A DNA stretch of 64,000 nucleotides from an uncultured Alphaproteobacteria bacterium (GCA_963786225.1 CAWAYQ010000024.1:36467-100466); one strand, 5' to 3'; positions 29,340-39,633 are shown, counted from the first letter of the stretch. The notes: generated from the sequence alone by a model not told the origin. A program made the numbers and translations.

Positions 29340-30634
29340 TGAATGCGCCCGTCCGCCCCGTAAAGACAGCCGCGGAAACCGCGCTCGTCGAGCAGTTCAC
29401 CGCCGCCAAGGCGAAACTGCCCGGCGACAGGTCCGCGCGTGAGACCGCGTTCGGCGCGGTCGTCGAAGGCCTGCCGCATCGCCGCATCGAGGAATGGAAA
29501 TACACCGATCTCCGCGCCCTGATGAAGGACGCCAAGCCGCTCGCGGGGGTGCCGGGCAAAGCGGAGATCGACGCCGCCGCGAACGCGGTGCCGCTGTCGA
29601 AGATCGACGCCGCGACGATCCTGTTCGTAAACGGCACTCTGGCCGAGCTCGGTTCGCTGCCGCAGGGCGTCGAAGCCGTGCCGCTGGCGAAAGCCTATGC
29701 CGACGATCACCCGCTGCTTGCGAAATTCGGCGAAGCCGGCGCGCCGGGCGATAATGCCGCCATCGCGCTCAACACAGCGTTTGTGTCGGACGGCGTGCTG
29801 CTGACGGTAAGGAAGGGGACGCAGGTCGACAAGCCGGTGCATCTGGCTTTCGCGCAGCAGGGCAAGGGCCATACCGCCTATGCGCGCGTGCTGGTCGTCG
29901 TGGAAGAGGGCGCTTCGTTCACGCTCGTCGAAAGCCATACCGGTGCGGGCGCCCACCAGACGAACTCCTATGTGGAGCTTCTGGCCGCCGACAAGACGGA
30001 CGTCACCGCGATCAAGTTGCAGAACGAAGATCTCTCCTCGCAGCATCTCGCGACCTTCGCCATCAAGCTGGGCGCCGATGCCAAGCTGACCACCGCGAGC
30101 ATCGCCCGCGGCTCGGCCCTGGCGCGCCAGCAGATCCATCTTCTCTTCGAAGGCGACAACACCACTGCCGCGCTGCACGGCATTTCGCTGTCTGGCGGCA
30201 AGCGCCATCTCGACACGACGCTGTTCGTCGACCATGCGAGCTTCGGCTGCGAGAGCCGCGAGCAGTTCAAATCCGTGCTCGACGGCGAAAGCCGTTCGGT
30301 GTTCCAGGGCAAGATCCTGGTCCGCCAGAACGCCCAGAAGACCGACGGGCGCATGATGATGCGGGCGCTGATGCTGTCGGAAGGCTGCGAAGCGGACCTC
30401 AAGCCCGAGCTCGAAATCTACGCCGACGATGTGCAGTGCGCCCATGGCGCGACCTGCACCGCGATCGAGGAAGAATATCTGTTTTATCTCATGGCCCGTG
30501 GCATTCCGAAGGCCGAGGCCGAGGCCATGCTTGTCGAGGCGTTCGTGGACGATGTTCTCGATTCGATTGAAAACGAGCCGCTGCGCGAGGAACTGCGCAA
30601 GGTCACGAATGCGTGGCTGAAGATCCGGGATTGA
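29339..30634 (+). CDS. sufD: Fe-S assembly protein SufD
   Basis: EEWKYTDL, FQGKILV..AQKTD, KPELEIYADDVQCAHGAT. Confidence 0.96.
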   Translation: MNAPVRPVKTAAETALVEQFTAAKAKLPGDRSARETAFGAVVEGLPHRRIEEWKYTDLRALMKDAKPLAGVPGKAEIDAAANAVPLSKIDAATILFVNGTLAELGSLPQGVEAVPLAKAYADDHPLLAKFGEAGAPGDNAAIALNTAFVSDGVLLTVRKGTQVDKPVHLAFAQQGKGHTAYARVLVVVEEGASFTLVESHTGAGAHQTNSYVELLAADKTDVTAIKLQNEDLSSQHLATFAIKLGADAKLTTASIARGSALARQQIHLLFEGDNTTAALHGISLSGGKRHLDTTLFVDHASFGCESREQFKSVLDGESRSVFQGKILVRQNAQKTDGRMMMRALMLSEGCEADLKPELEIYADDVQCAHGATCTAIEEEYLFYLMARGIPKAEAEAMLVEAFVDDVLDSIENEPLREELRKVTNAWLKIRD

Positions 30635-30639
30635 AAGCG

Positions 30640-31887
30640 ATGAACGCGCCGGTGCTTACGAAGACAACGGGTTATGACGTCGAAGCGATCCGCCGGGATT
30701 TCCCGGCGCTGTCCCTCGACGTCAACGGTAAGCCGCTTGTCTATCTCGACAACGGCGCCTCGGCGCAGAAGCCGAACCAGGTGCTCGACGCGATCCGCCA
30801 TTCCTACGAGGCGGAATACGCCAACGTTCATCGCGGGCTGCATTATCTCGCCAATGCCGCGACCGAGGCCTATGAGGGCGCACGCGAGGCCGTGCGCGGC
30901 TTCCTAAACGCTGGCTCCGCCGACGAGATCGTCTTTACGCGCTCCGCGACCGGCGCGCTGAACCTTGTCGCGTCGAGTTTCGGGCGGCTTGCGATCGGGC
31001 CGGGGGACGAGATCGTGCTCTCGATCCTGGAACATCACTCCAACATCGTGCCGTGGCACTATCATCGCGAACGCAATGGCGCGGTCATCAAATGGGCGCC
31101 CATCAGCGATGACGGTGCGCTCGATCTCGACGCGTTCGAAAAGCTTCTGACGCCGAAAACCAAGATCGTCGCGCTGACGCATATGTCGAACGTGACCGGC
31201 ACGCTGACGCCGGCGAAGAAGATCATCGAGCTTGCCCATGCGCGCGGCATCCCGGTTCTGCTCGACGGCAGCCAGGCTGCGGTTCATCTGCCGGTCGATG
31301 TGCGCGATCTGGACGTCGATTTCTACGTCTTCACCGGCCACAAGCTGTACGGGCCGACAGGCGTCGGCGTGCTTTACGCCAAGAAGGAATGGCTTGAGAA
31401 GATGCCGCCCTATGAGGGTGGCGGCGAGATGATCCGCGACGTCACGCTCGACAACGTCACCTATGCCGACCCGCCCTCGCGGTTCGAGGCCGGCACGCCG
31501 CCGCTCGTTCAGGCGGTCGGGCTTGGCGCGGCGATCAAATATGTGACCGCGATCGGCCGGGACAGGATCCTCGCGCATGAGAACATGCTTCGGGACTATG
31601 CCCATGAGCGCCTCGGCACGATGAATTCGGTGCGGATTTTCGGTACAACGAAGAACAAGGGCGCCATCGTCTCCTTCCAGCTTGAAGGCGCGCACGCCCA
31701 TGACGTCGCCACCGTGCTCGACCGGCAGGGCATCGCGGTCCGCGCCGGCACCCATTGCGCCCAGCCTCTGCTCTCCCGATATGGCGTAACGTCGACCTGC
31801 AGGGCGAGCTTCGGCCTGTACAATACGGTCGAGGAGATCGATAAGCTGGCCGTCGCGCTTGAAAAAGCCCGCAGTCTGTTCGCGTGA
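30640..31887 (+). CDS. sufS: cysteine desulfurase SufS (group II)
   Basis: YLDNGASAQKP, EHHSNIVPW, TGHKLYGPTG, RAGTHCAQP. Confidence 0.96.
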   Translation: MNAPVLTKTTGYDVEAIRRDFPALSLDVNGKPLVYLDNGASAQKPNQVLDAIRHSYEAEYANVHRGLHYLANAATEAYEGAREAVRGFLNAGSADEIVFTRSATGALNLVASSFGRLAIGPGDEIVLSILEHHSNIVPWHYHRERNGAVIKWAPISDDGALDLDAFEKLLTPKTKIVALTHMSNVTGTLTPAKKIIELAHARGIPVLLDGSQAAVHLPVDVRDLDVDFYVFTGHKLYGPTGVGVLYAKKEWLEKMPPYEGGGEMIRDVTLDNVTYADPPSRFEAGTPPLVQAVGLGAAIKYVTAIGRDRILAHENMLRDYAHERLGTMNSVRIFGTTKNKGAIVSFQLEGAHAHDVATVLDRQGIAVRAGTHCAQPLLSRYGVTSTCRASFGLYNTVEEIDKLAVALEKARSLFA

Positions 31888-31897
31888 GACAAGACAA

Positions 31898-32266
31898 ATG
31901 ACCGAGACGTTCGCCAACCCGAATGCCGCCGCTGTGAGCGGCAGCCTGCCGCCCGAGGAACTCGACCGGCTGGCGCAGGACATCGTCGGCGCGCTGAAAA
32001 CGGTCTACGACCCGGAAATTCCGGTCGACGTCTATGAACTCGGTCTCGTCTACAAGATCGACATCAGCGACGCACGCGACGTGGCGATCGACATGACGCT
32101 GACGGCCCCGGCCTGTCCCGTCGCGGCGGAAATGCCGGGCTGGGTGGAAAACGCGGTCAATGCCGTTCCCGGCGTGGCGGGCGTGAAGGTGACCATGACC
32201 TTCGATCCGCCGTGGGATCAGAGCCGCATGTCGGACGAGGCCCGCGTCGCGCTCGATATGTGGTGA
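31898..32266 (+). CDS. sufT: SUF system DUF59 protein
   Basis: VYDPEIPVDVYELGLVY, MTLTAPACPVA, FDPPW. Confidence 0.9.
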   Translation: MTETFANPNAAAVSGSLPPEELDRLAQDIVGALKTVYDPEIPVDVYELGLVYKIDISDARDVAIDMTLTAPACPVAAEMPGWVENAVNAVPGVAGVKVTMTFDPPWDQSRMSDEARVALDMW

Positions 32267-32358
32267 ACTGCGGGGAAACCGAAGCCCGGCAGAAGGATGC
32301 AGAGTGGGAGCTCTCGCACACTACCGTCCGGGCTCGGCTAATCATCTGCTGCTAATGC

Positions 32359-32658
32359 TCAGGGCTGCTGCTTAATCGCCGGGTCGACGCCTTCGAGCAC
32401 TTGGTCTTGTTCTTCTTCTCCAGTGCCCATTTCTGGGTGATACTGCTTCCTTGGTGCAGGCTCGGTTGTGGAACTGCGACCACTCGGTTCCCTTCTCATC
32501 TCCTCCTGCCGCCTGATCTCCTCCTGCCGCCTCTGCTCCTGCTGCCGCGTTTCGAGGGCTTTGCCTGGGGGTTTCATTTCCCCTTGCGCCAGTGCGGGAG
32601 AGAGGGCGGTAAAGGCGAAGCCGCAGGCTAGCGCGGCGATGGATGTCATGCGGTTCAT
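32359..32658 (-). CDS. small secreted low-complexity hypothetical protein
   Basis: AGGAG SD, signal peptide ending PALA-Q, Q/E/R-rich mature part. Confidence 0.6.
   Translation of the reverse strand: MNRMTSIAALACGFAFTALSPALAQGEMKPPGKALETRQQEQRRQEEIRRQEEMRREPSGRSSTTEPAPRKQYHPEMGTGEEEQDQVLEGVDPAIKQQP
32498..32551. repeat. 3 x 18-bp tandem repeat within the secreted ORF
   Basis: ATCTCCTCCTGCCGCCTG / ATCTCCTCCTGCCGCCTC / TGCTCCTGCTGCCGCGTT, encoding RRQEE-like hexapeptides. Confidence 0.7.
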
Positions 32659-32866
32659 AACTGATCTCCTGCTTTCCGTGCCGAAGGCACGTTGCATTCG
32701 GCGATAACACCCCACCTTAGGTAGCGCTCTGATCACGCCAAGCTAGGGGAAGGAGAGAGTCCCCGAAGCCGCCCGAGTGAATCAATTATTTCAAATTTTA
32801 AACCGCTTGTTTACCCAATCCGGCGCTTACTCACGCTCCAGTGTTCTGTTGCGTGTGAGTGTTGCG

Positions 32867-34177
32867 ATGCGTCCGTCGGTATTTCTTCCGGTCCGGCTCG
32901 GTCTCCGGTTTGCGGCTCTTGGCATCTTGGCTCTGTCAGCCTCGGCCTGCAGTCAAACTGACCGTTTCGCCTACGATCCCTTTTCCAACCCGTTCAACGG
33001 CAAGGAAAGTCCGAGCTATACCGGTTCGGTCGGCAGCGCCCCCACGGGCGGCGTCAGCTCCCAGCCTTTGCCACCGCCGGGCGGCTACCAGCAGCAGCCC
33101 GCGCCCTACACAGCCGCGCCAGCTTACGCGCCGCAGCCGCAGCGGTCCTACGCGCCTTACCAGCAGTCGGGCAATTATCAGAAGCCGATGGCGCCTCCCG
33201 CGCCGCTCCCGGAGTATAAATACACCCCGCAATCCGGCTGGAGCGCCCAGGGCGGCCAGACCGTGATCGTGAAAGCGGGCGACACGCCTTACGGCCTCGG
33301 CACGCGTCACGGCGTTCCGGCCAGCGCGATCATCCAGGCCAACAAGCTGCCGCCGGGCGCCACTTTGACGCCAGGCCAGCGCGTCGTCATCCCGGCCTAT
33401 AACGGTCAGCAGAGCGCCGCCGCGAAGCCGGCCGCTCCGCCGCGCATGGCCGAACAGCCGCGTCCGGTTCGGGTCGCGAACGGCGGCTCGCACACGGTGA
33501 AGCCGGGCGAGACGCTGTTCTCGATCGCCCGTAATTACAGCATCACCGCGACCGATCTGGCCCGGGCCAATCAGGTCGGCCTCGATTACCGCGTCCGCAT
33601 GGGCGAAAAGATCCAGCTTCCGGGCGGCGCCCGCACGACCTCGGCCGTGCATCTGCAATCCGCGCCCGAAGAAGCGAAGGTCATCAAGCCGGTCTACAAA
33701 CCGGAGGAAGATGCTCCGAAGGCGGCTCCGGTCATGGCGGCTCCGCAGCTGCGCGAACGCGAACCCGATGCGCCGGCTGCTTCCGCTTCGAGCGGCGGCA
33801 CCGATTTCCGCTGGCCGGTCCGTGGCCGCGTCATCTCCGGCTTCGGCGCCAAGCCGAACGGCCAGACCAATGACGGCGTGAACATTTCCGTGCCGGAAGG
33901 CACCGAGATCAAGGCGGCCGAAGGCGGCGTCGTGGCCTATGCCGGCAATGAACTGAAGGGCTTCGGCAATCTCATCCTGATCCGCCATGCCGGCGAATGG
34001 GTGACGGCTTACGCCCATGCAAGCGAGATCCTGGTGAAGCGCGGCGATGTCGTGCGGCGCGGCCAGCTGATCGCGAAAGCGGGCAAGAGCGGAAACGTTT
34101 CGGCGCCGCAGCTGCACTTCGAAGTGCGCCGCGGAGCAAGCCCGGTCGATCCGATGGATCACCTGCCTCAGGGCTGA
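32867..34177 (+). CDS. LysM-M23 lipoprotein (NlpD/DipM-like, degenerate LytM domain)
   Basis: Lipobox ASAC, two LysM domains, FRWPVRGRVIS, NDGVNI (lacks the Zn His), QLHFEVR. Confidence 0.9.
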   Translation: MRPSVFLPVRLGLRFAALGILALSASACSQTDRFAYDPFSNPFNGKESPSYTGSVGSAPTGGVSSQPLPPPGGYQQQPAPYTAAPAYAPQPQRSYAPYQQSGNYQKPMAPPAPLPEYKYTPQSGWSAQGGQTVIVKAGDTPYGLGTRHGVPASAIIQANKLPPGATLTPGQRVVIPAYNGQQSAAAKPAAPPRMAEQPRPVRVANGGSHTVKPGETLFSIARNYSITATDLARANQVGLDYRVRMGEKIQLPGGARTTSAVHLQSAPEEAKVIKPVYKPEEDAPKAAPVMAAPQLREREPDAPAASASSGGTDFRWPVRGRVISGFGAKPNGQTNDGVNISVPEGTEIKAAEGGVVAYAGNELKGFGNLILIRHAGEWVTAYAHASEILVKRGDVVRRGQLIAKAGKSGNVSAPQLHFEVRRGASPVDPMDHLPQG

Positions 34178-34221
34178 ACGGAATAACCAGAAGAAGCGGC
34201 GGACTATAGTATTGAGGCTTT

Positions 34222-34251
34222 TCGGCCGGGTTCGTCCCGGCCGATTTTTTT
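34222..34251 (+). terminator. intrinsic terminator
   Basis: TCGGCCGGG-TTCGT-CCCGGCCGA followed by T7. Confidence 0.8.
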
Positions 34252-35116
34252 ATGAGAGCTTCACGCCCATCCGGCCGGCGAGATCGAGAATGAACTGCCA
34301 GGCCGTGCGGCCGGACCGCGAGCCGCGGGTCGCCGCCCATTCCAGAGCCTCGCTGCGAAGCTCGCTCAGCGGAATGTCGAGATCGTATTGCCGGGCGTAG
34401 GCGCGGATCATCTCCCAGTAATCGTCCTGACTGCATGGGTGGAAGCCGAGCCAGATGCCGAAACGGTCGGACAGCGAGACCTTCTCCTCGACCGCTTCGC
34501 CGGGATTGATGGCCGTCGAGCGCTCGTTCTCGATCATCTCGCGCGGCATGAGATGCCTGCGGTTCGACGTCGCGTAAAACAGCACATTCTCGGGTCGACC
34601 CTCGACACCGCCTTCGAGCGCCGCCTTGAGCGCTTTGTAGGACGAATCCCCGAGATCGAAGGACAGGTCGTCGCAGAACAGGATGACGCGATGAGGGACG
34701 CCGCGCAGCAGGTTCAACAGCGCGGGCAGGGTTTCGACGTCCTCGCGATGGATCTCGACGAGCTTCACCGGGGATTCGGGGGTTCCCGCGTTGACGGCGC
34801 CGTGGATGGCCTTGACCAGCGAACTCTTGCCCATGCCCCGGGCACCCCAGAGGAGTGCGTTGTTGGCGGGCAGCCCCCTCGCGAACCGTTCGGTGTTCGC
34901 CAGCAGGATGTCGCGGTTGCGGTCGATGCCCTTCAACAGTTCGAGATCGACGCGGTTGATGCGCTTCACGGGCGCGAGCCGGCGGTCGGCGGCCTGCCAG
35001 ACAAAGGCTTCGGCCACGCCGAGATCGGCCTGGACGCCAACGGGGGGCGACAGGCGTTCCAGGGCGTCGGCGATACGGGTGAGGGCGTCGGTGTTAAGCG
35101 GGCGGGTCTCGGTCAT
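34250..35116 (-). CDS. AAA+ ATP-binding protein (DUF815)
   Basis: ALLWGARGMGKSS, FCDDLSF, YATSNRRHL, EEKVSLSDRFG, RSGRTAWQF. Confidence 0.92.
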   Translation of the reverse strand: MTETRPLNTDALTRIADALERLSPPVGVQADLGVAEAFVWQAADRRLAPVKRINRVDLELLKGIDRNRDILLANTERFARGLPANNALLWGARGMGKSSLVKAIHGAVNAGTPESPVKLVEIHREDVETLPALLNLLRGVPHRVILFCDDLSFDLGDSSYKALKAALEGGVEGRPENVLFYATSNRRHLMPREMIENERSTAINPGEAVEEKVSLSDRFGIWLGFHPCSQDDYWEMIRAYARQYDLDIPLSELRSEALEWAATRGSRSGRTAWQFILDLAGRMGVKLS

Positions 35117-35240
35117 GGCATCGAGATAATGCCGCACGCCCCTTAAGTCCACGGCGGCGATTGCTTTCCCGGGGACGGCCGTTATAGTCCCCGCCGCTTC
35201 GCCGGAACACGTTTCCGCCCTTTTTTCCATGGAGTTTTCG

Positions 35241-35576
35241 ATGTTCGTGACGCCCGCTTTCGCCCAGGCTGCGACCGGTGGTGGGGAAGCAGGTTTCCTG
35301 TTCTCCCTGATGCCGTTCCTGCTGATTTTCGTGATCATGTATTTCCTCGTGATCCGCCCTCAGCAGAAGCGAGTGAAAGCCCATCGCGACATGATCGGTT
35401 CGCTGCGCCGCGGCGACACGGTGGTCACCACCGGCGGTATCATCGGCAAGGTTACGAAGGTCGTGGACGACAACGAGATCGAGGTTCAGATCGCCGATAA
35501 TGTGAAGGTGCGCGTTGCGCGCGGCATGGTCAGCGATGTCCGGGCCAAGGGCGAGCCTGTGAGCGGCGACGCCTGA
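35241..35576 (+). CDS. yajC: preprotein translocase subunit YajC
   Basis: MYFLVIRPQQKR, RRGDTVVTTGGIIG. Confidence 0.95.
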   Translation: MFVTPAFAQAATGGGEAGFLFSLMPFLLIFVIMYFLVIRPQQKRVKAHRDMIGSLRRGDTVVTTGGIIGKVTKVVDDNEIEVQIADNVKVRVARGMVSDVRAKGEPVSGDA

Positions 35577-35596
35577 GTTAAGGCGGCTCTCATTCG

Positions 35597-37201
35597 ATGC
35601 TCCATTATTCCCGCACCAAGACGATTCTGACGCTCCTGTTTGTCGGACTGGGCCTGCTCCTGGTCGTGCCGAATCTCCTGCCGGCACATGTGCGGGCCAG
35701 CCTGCCGTCCTGGGCGCAGCGCACGATCGTGCTCGGCCTCGACCTTCAGGGCGGCTCGCACATCCTGCTCGAAGTGGACGCCAACGCTCTGCGCACGGAG
35801 AAGCTGGAATCGCTGCGCGATCAGGTCCGCACCGCGCTGCGTGAGGAGCGGATCGGCTATACCGGTCTCGGCAATGCCGGCGGCGGCGTTCAGGTGCGGC
35901 TGCGCGAGCCGGCGGATACGGACAAGGCGATGACGCGCCTGCGTCAGCTGGCCCAGCCCGTCTCGACCTCGCTGTTCGGCGGCGGCACCGCGCTCGATCT
36001 CAATGTCGCGAGCACGCCCGACGGCGTTATTACGCTGACGCCGACGGAAGCCGGAATCAATGCGCGCATTCGTTCGGCCGTCGATCAGTCGATCGAAATC
36101 GTGCGCCGCCGCGTCGACGAACTCGGCACCACGGAACCGAGCATTCAGCGCCAAGGCGCGGACCGCATTCTCGTTCAGGTGCCGGGCCTGCAGGATCCGC
36201 AGCGCCTGAAGCAACTGATCGGCACGACAGCGAAGCTGACCTTCCGCATGGTCGATAGCACGATGTCCGTCGAGCAGGCACTCGCCACGCGTCCGCCGCC
36301 GGAGTCCGAAGTGCTGCCCAGTACGGAAAATCCGAACGAGCGTTATCTCGTCGAAAAGCGCGTGCTCGTTTCGGGCGAAGACCTGATCGACGCGCAGCCA
36401 GGCTTCGACCAGCGTACGAATGAACCCATCGTGTCGTTCCGCTTCAACTCGAACGGTGCCCGGCGCTTTGCGGCCGCCACGACACAGAATGTCGGCAAGC
36501 CCTTCGCCATCGTGCTGGACAACAAGGTGATCTCGGCGCCGCGAATCAACGAGCCGATCACCGGCGGTTCGGGCCAGATTTCGGGCCAGTTCACGGTCGA
36601 GAGCGCGAACAATCTTGCGATCCTGCTGCGCGCCGGCGCGCTGCCCGCGCCGCTCACCGTCGTGGAAGAACGTACGGTCGGTCCGGGTCTCGGGCGCGAT
36701 TCGATCGACGCCGGCACCAAAGCGACCATTTATGCCGCGGTCTTCGTCGTGATCTTCATGTTCGCGACCTACGGCGTATTCGGTATCATCGCGAACATCG
36801 CGCTGATCGTTCACGTCGGACTGATCCTCGGCCTGATGTCGCTGCTGGGCGCGACCATGACGCTGCCCGGCATTGCGGGCATCGTTCTGACCATCGGCAC
36901 GGCGGTCGATTCGAACGTGCTGATCTATGAGCGCATCCGCGAGGAATTCCACGGCGGGCGCTCGATCGTTTCGGCGATCCAGGCAGGTTTCGAGCGGGCC
37001 TTCGCGACGATCATCGACTCGAACTCCACTATGGCGATCGCGGCCATCATCCTGTTCCTGATGGGATCGGGTCCTGTGAAGGGCTTTGCCGTCGTCTTCA
37101 TCCTCGGCATTCTGACGACGGTCGTGACCGCCGTGACGATGACGCGCATGATGATCGCCCTCTGGTACCGCTGGACGCGGGCCAAGACCCTGCCGTTCTG
37201 A
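35597..37201 (+). CDS. secD: protein translocase subunit SecD
   Basis: LGLDLQGGSH, RRRVDELGTTEP, LLRAGALPAPL, DSNVLIYERIREE. Confidence 0.96.
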   Translation: MLHYSRTKTILTLLFVGLGLLLVVPNLLPAHVRASLPSWAQRTIVLGLDLQGGSHILLEVDANALRTEKLESLRDQVRTALREERIGYTGLGNAGGGVQVRLREPADTDKAMTRLRQLAQPVSTSLFGGGTALDLNVASTPDGVITLTPTEAGINARIRSAVDQSIEIVRRRVDELGTTEPSIQRQGADRILVQVPGLQDPQRLKQLIGTTAKLTFRMVDSTMSVEQALATRPPPESEVLPSTENPNERYLVEKRVLVSGEDLIDAQPGFDQRTNEPIVSFRFNSNGARRFAAATTQNVGKPFAIVLDNKVISAPRINEPITGGSGQISGQFTVESANNLAILLRAGALPAPLTVVEERTVGPGLGRDSIDAGTKATIYAAVFVVIFMFATYGVFGIIANIALIVHVGLILGLMSLLGATMTLPGIAGIVLTIGTAVDSNVLIYERIREEFHGGRSIVSAIQAGFERAFATIIDSNSTMAIAAIILFLMGSGPVKGFAVVFILGILTTVVTAVTMTRMMIALWYRWTRAKTLPF

Positions 37202-37211
37202 GGAGAATATT

Positions 37212-38141
37212 TTGCGTCTTCTGAGACTCTGGCCCGAGCACAGCACAGTCCACTTCATGAAGTGGAGGACGGTGACGTTTCCGTTCTCCGCACTGATGTC
37301 CCTTGTCATCCTTGCGCTGTTTTTCACGCACGGCCTGAATTTCGGCATCGACTTCAAGGGCGGCACCTTGATCGAGCTGCAGGCGAAATCGGGAACGGCG
37401 GATGCCGCGCTCGTGCGCGAGCAGGCGAACGCGCTCGGCTTCGGCGAAGTCGAGGTGCAGGAATTCGGCGGGCAGGGCAGCCTCTCGCTGCGGTTCCCGA
37501 TCCAGGAAGGCGGGGAGGCCGCTCAAGGCGCCGTGGTGCAGAAGGCGCGTGACACCTTCACCGCGGGTTATGAATTCCGCCGCGTCGAAACGGTCGGTCC
37601 GCGCGTCTCGGGCGAACTGGTCCAGGCCGGGACGGTCGGCGTCGTGCTCTCGCTCGTCGCCGTGCTTGCCTATCTCTGGTTCCGCTTCGAGCGGAACCTC
37701 GCTATGGGCGCTCTGATCGGCACCTTGCACGACGTGCTGCTGACCTGCGGCTTCTTCATCATCACGCAGCTCGAATTCAACATGACGTCGATCGCGGCGA
37801 TCCTGACCATTGTCGGCTATTCGCTGAACGAAACCGTCGTCGTGTTCGACCGCACGCGCGAACTGCTGCGCCGCTACAAGACCATGCCGGACGTCGAACT
37901 GCTCGATTTGTCGATCAACACCACGATGTCGCGCACGGCGATCACGTCTATGACGACGTTCCTGTCGCTGCTCGCGCTTGTCGTCTTCGGCGGCGAGGCT
38001 ATTCAGGGCTTTGCCATCGTGATGCTCGTCGGCATCGTGATCTGCACCTATTCGGCGATTTTCGTGTCGTCGCCGTCGCTCATCTATCTCGGCCTGCGCC
38101 AGAGCGCGTCCAACACGGCGGCCGCGCTCGCGCGGCCCTGA
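37212..38141 (+). CDS. secF: protein translocase subunit SecF
   Basis: GLNFGIDFKGGT, VGPRVSGEL, GYSLNETVVVFDR; TTG start after AGGAGA. Confidence 0.95.
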   Translation: MRLLRLWPEHSTVHFMKWRTVTFPFSALMSLVILALFFTHGLNFGIDFKGGTLIELQAKSGTADAALVREQANALGFGEVEVQEFGGQGSLSLRFPIQEGGEAAQGAVVQKARDTFTAGYEFRRVETVGPRVSGELVQAGTVGVVLSLVAVLAYLWFRFERNLAMGALIGTLHDVLLTCGFFIITQLEFNMTSIAAILTIVGYSLNETVVVFDRTRELLRRYKTMPDVELLDLSINTTMSRTAITSMTTFLSLLALVVFGGEAIQGFAIVMLVGIVICTYSAIFVSSPSLIYLGLRQSASNTAAALARP

Positions 38142-38145
38142 GCGG

Positions 38146-38538
38146 ATGGCCGCGTCACGCGAGACTGCGCACTTCCCCGGCAAGGCGCAGCTCGACGCCT
38201 ATGGCAATGGCGGCTTCCGCTTTGCCGACATGTCGCATCGCGGCTCCATTCTGTGTCTGCCGAGCGGCATTTGGTCGTGGGCGCCGGTAACGGCATCCGA
38301 GATCACCGCCGCGAGCTTAGCCAAGGCGATCGAGGAAGCTCCCGAGATTGAAATCTTCCTCATCGGCACCGGCGACGAGCATGTGCATCTCGATCCGGAC
38401 TTGCGCCAGACGCTGAAGGACGCGGGTCTCCGCGTCGACGTGATGGCGACGGGGCCTGCGGCGCGTACCTATAACGTGCTGTTCAGCGACAAGCGCAGGG
38501 TGGCGGCAGCCCTGATCGCGGTCGAGAACGCGCGATGA
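38146..38538 (+). CDS. Mth938-like (DUF498/NDUFAF3-like) protein
   Basis: AYGNGGFRFADMSHRGS, LIGTG, MATGPAARTYNVL. Confidence 0.9.
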   Translation: MAASRETAHFPGKAQLDAYGNGGFRFADMSHRGSILCLPSGIWSWAPVTASEITAASLAKAIEEAPEIEIFLIGTGDEHVHLDPDLRQTLKDAGLRVDVMATGPAARTYNVLFSDKRRVAAALIAVENAR

Positions 38539-39386
38539 TGGACAATGCGGCTTTCTGCGAGCGCCTCGTCCGCGAGCAGGATCCGGACCGCTACTTCGCA
38601 ACGCTCTTCGCACCGGCGAATCGCCGGGCGGCGCTGTTTGCGCTCTATGCCTTCAATTCCGAGATCGCACGCGTCCGCGAAAGCGTGTCGGAACCCATTC
38701 CCGGTGAAATCCGGCTGGCATGGTGGCGCGAGGTTCTGGAGGGCGGCCGGGGCGAGGAAGCGAGCGCGCATCCGGTGGCCAACGCGATCCGCACGGTCGT
38801 CGCCGAAAACCGGCTGCCGGTGAATGCTTTCGTCCGGCTCATCGACGCGCGTATTCTCGACCTCTACGACGACCCCGTTCCGAATATCAGCGATCTCGAA
38901 GGTTATGCGGGCGACACGTCATCGGCGCTGATCCGGCTCGCCTCGATCATTCTCGCTCACGGACAGGAGCCGGGGGGCGCGGAGGCGGCGGGACATGCGG
39001 GCGTGGCCTATGCCGTGACCGGCCTGTTGCGGTCACTCCCGTTCCACGCACAACGTGGGCAGGTTTTTATTCCGATAGAGGTTCTGGCCCGGAATGGCGC
39101 GCGGCGGGACGATATCCTGGCCGGACGGGCAAGCCCCGGTGTGTATGCGGCTCTGGCCGAAATGCGGTCGCTGGCGCGCAAGCATCTCCTGGCTGCGCGG
39201 AAAGCTGCGGATGCGATCCGGCCGGAAGCGACTTCGGCCTTCCTGCCGGCGGCGCTCTGCGAGCTCTACCTCAAACGAATGGAACGCCGGGGTTATGATC
39301 CCTTCCGGACGCTGGTCGAAGTACCCCAATGGAGGCGGCAAGCGGTCCTGTGGTTCGCCGCCCGTGGGGTCAGGCCTCTGGGTTAG
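38535..39386 (+). CDS. phytoene/squalene synthase family protein (NDUFAF6-like)
   Basis: DPDRYFATLFAP, ALYAFNSEIARV, EIRLAWWRE. Confidence 0.9.
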   Translation: MMDNAAFCERLVREQDPDRYFATLFAPANRRAALFALYAFNSEIARVRESVSEPIPGEIRLAWWREVLEGGRGEEASAHPVANAIRTVVAENRLPVNAFVRLIDARILDLYDDPVPNISDLEGYAGDTSSALIRLASIILAHGQEPGGAEAAGHAGVAYAVTGLLRSLPFHAQRGQVFIPIEVLARNGARRDDILAGRASPGVYAALAEMRSLARKHLLAARKAADAIRPEATSAFLPAALCELYLKRMERRGYDPFRTLVEVPQWRRQAVLWFAARGVRPLG

Positions 39387-39390
39387 CCGT

Positions 39391-39460
39391 ATGTTCCCGG
39401 AACCGGCGTTCTTCGCTTTGGCCAAGTCGGGTAAACCCGACTTGCTTCGGGAGAGGGGGG
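39391..39460. repeat. degenerate boxC-like element with twin-hairpin remnant (copy D)
   Basis: TGTTCCCG remnant, then CAAGTCGGG-TAAA-CCCGACTTG followed by GGGAGAGGGG; close match to 56631-56669. Confidence 0.65.
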
Positions 39461-39558
39461 GTCCGACAGGTTCGGTTCGCCAAGGCCTTCAAATCCATGT
39501 AAATTGACGTCATCCGACGGCTTGCACGGCGTTTGGGCTGGCATTATGTCGTCTGGAT

Positions 39559-39633
39559 ACGCCGGGGTGCCGCAAAAGCGGCTGAGATCAAACCCGACGA
39601 ACCTGATCTGGGTTATGCCAGCGAAGGGAGCGT
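39559..39633 (+). ncRNA. TPP riboswitch
   Basis: GGGGTGCC..GGCTGAGA..ACCC..GAACCTGATCTGGGTTATGCCAGCGAAGGGA consensus directly upstream of thiO. Confidence 0.95.

Noticed and set aside
25495-31887. Two cysteine desulfurases in one suf operon
   Set aside because: Common in Rhizobiales (IscS-like gene, sufBCD, then sufS).
32798-32814. Possible CtrA site upstream of the nlpD-like gene (TAAA-N7-TTTAC)
   Set aside because: Two mismatches in an AT-rich promoter; too weak to call.
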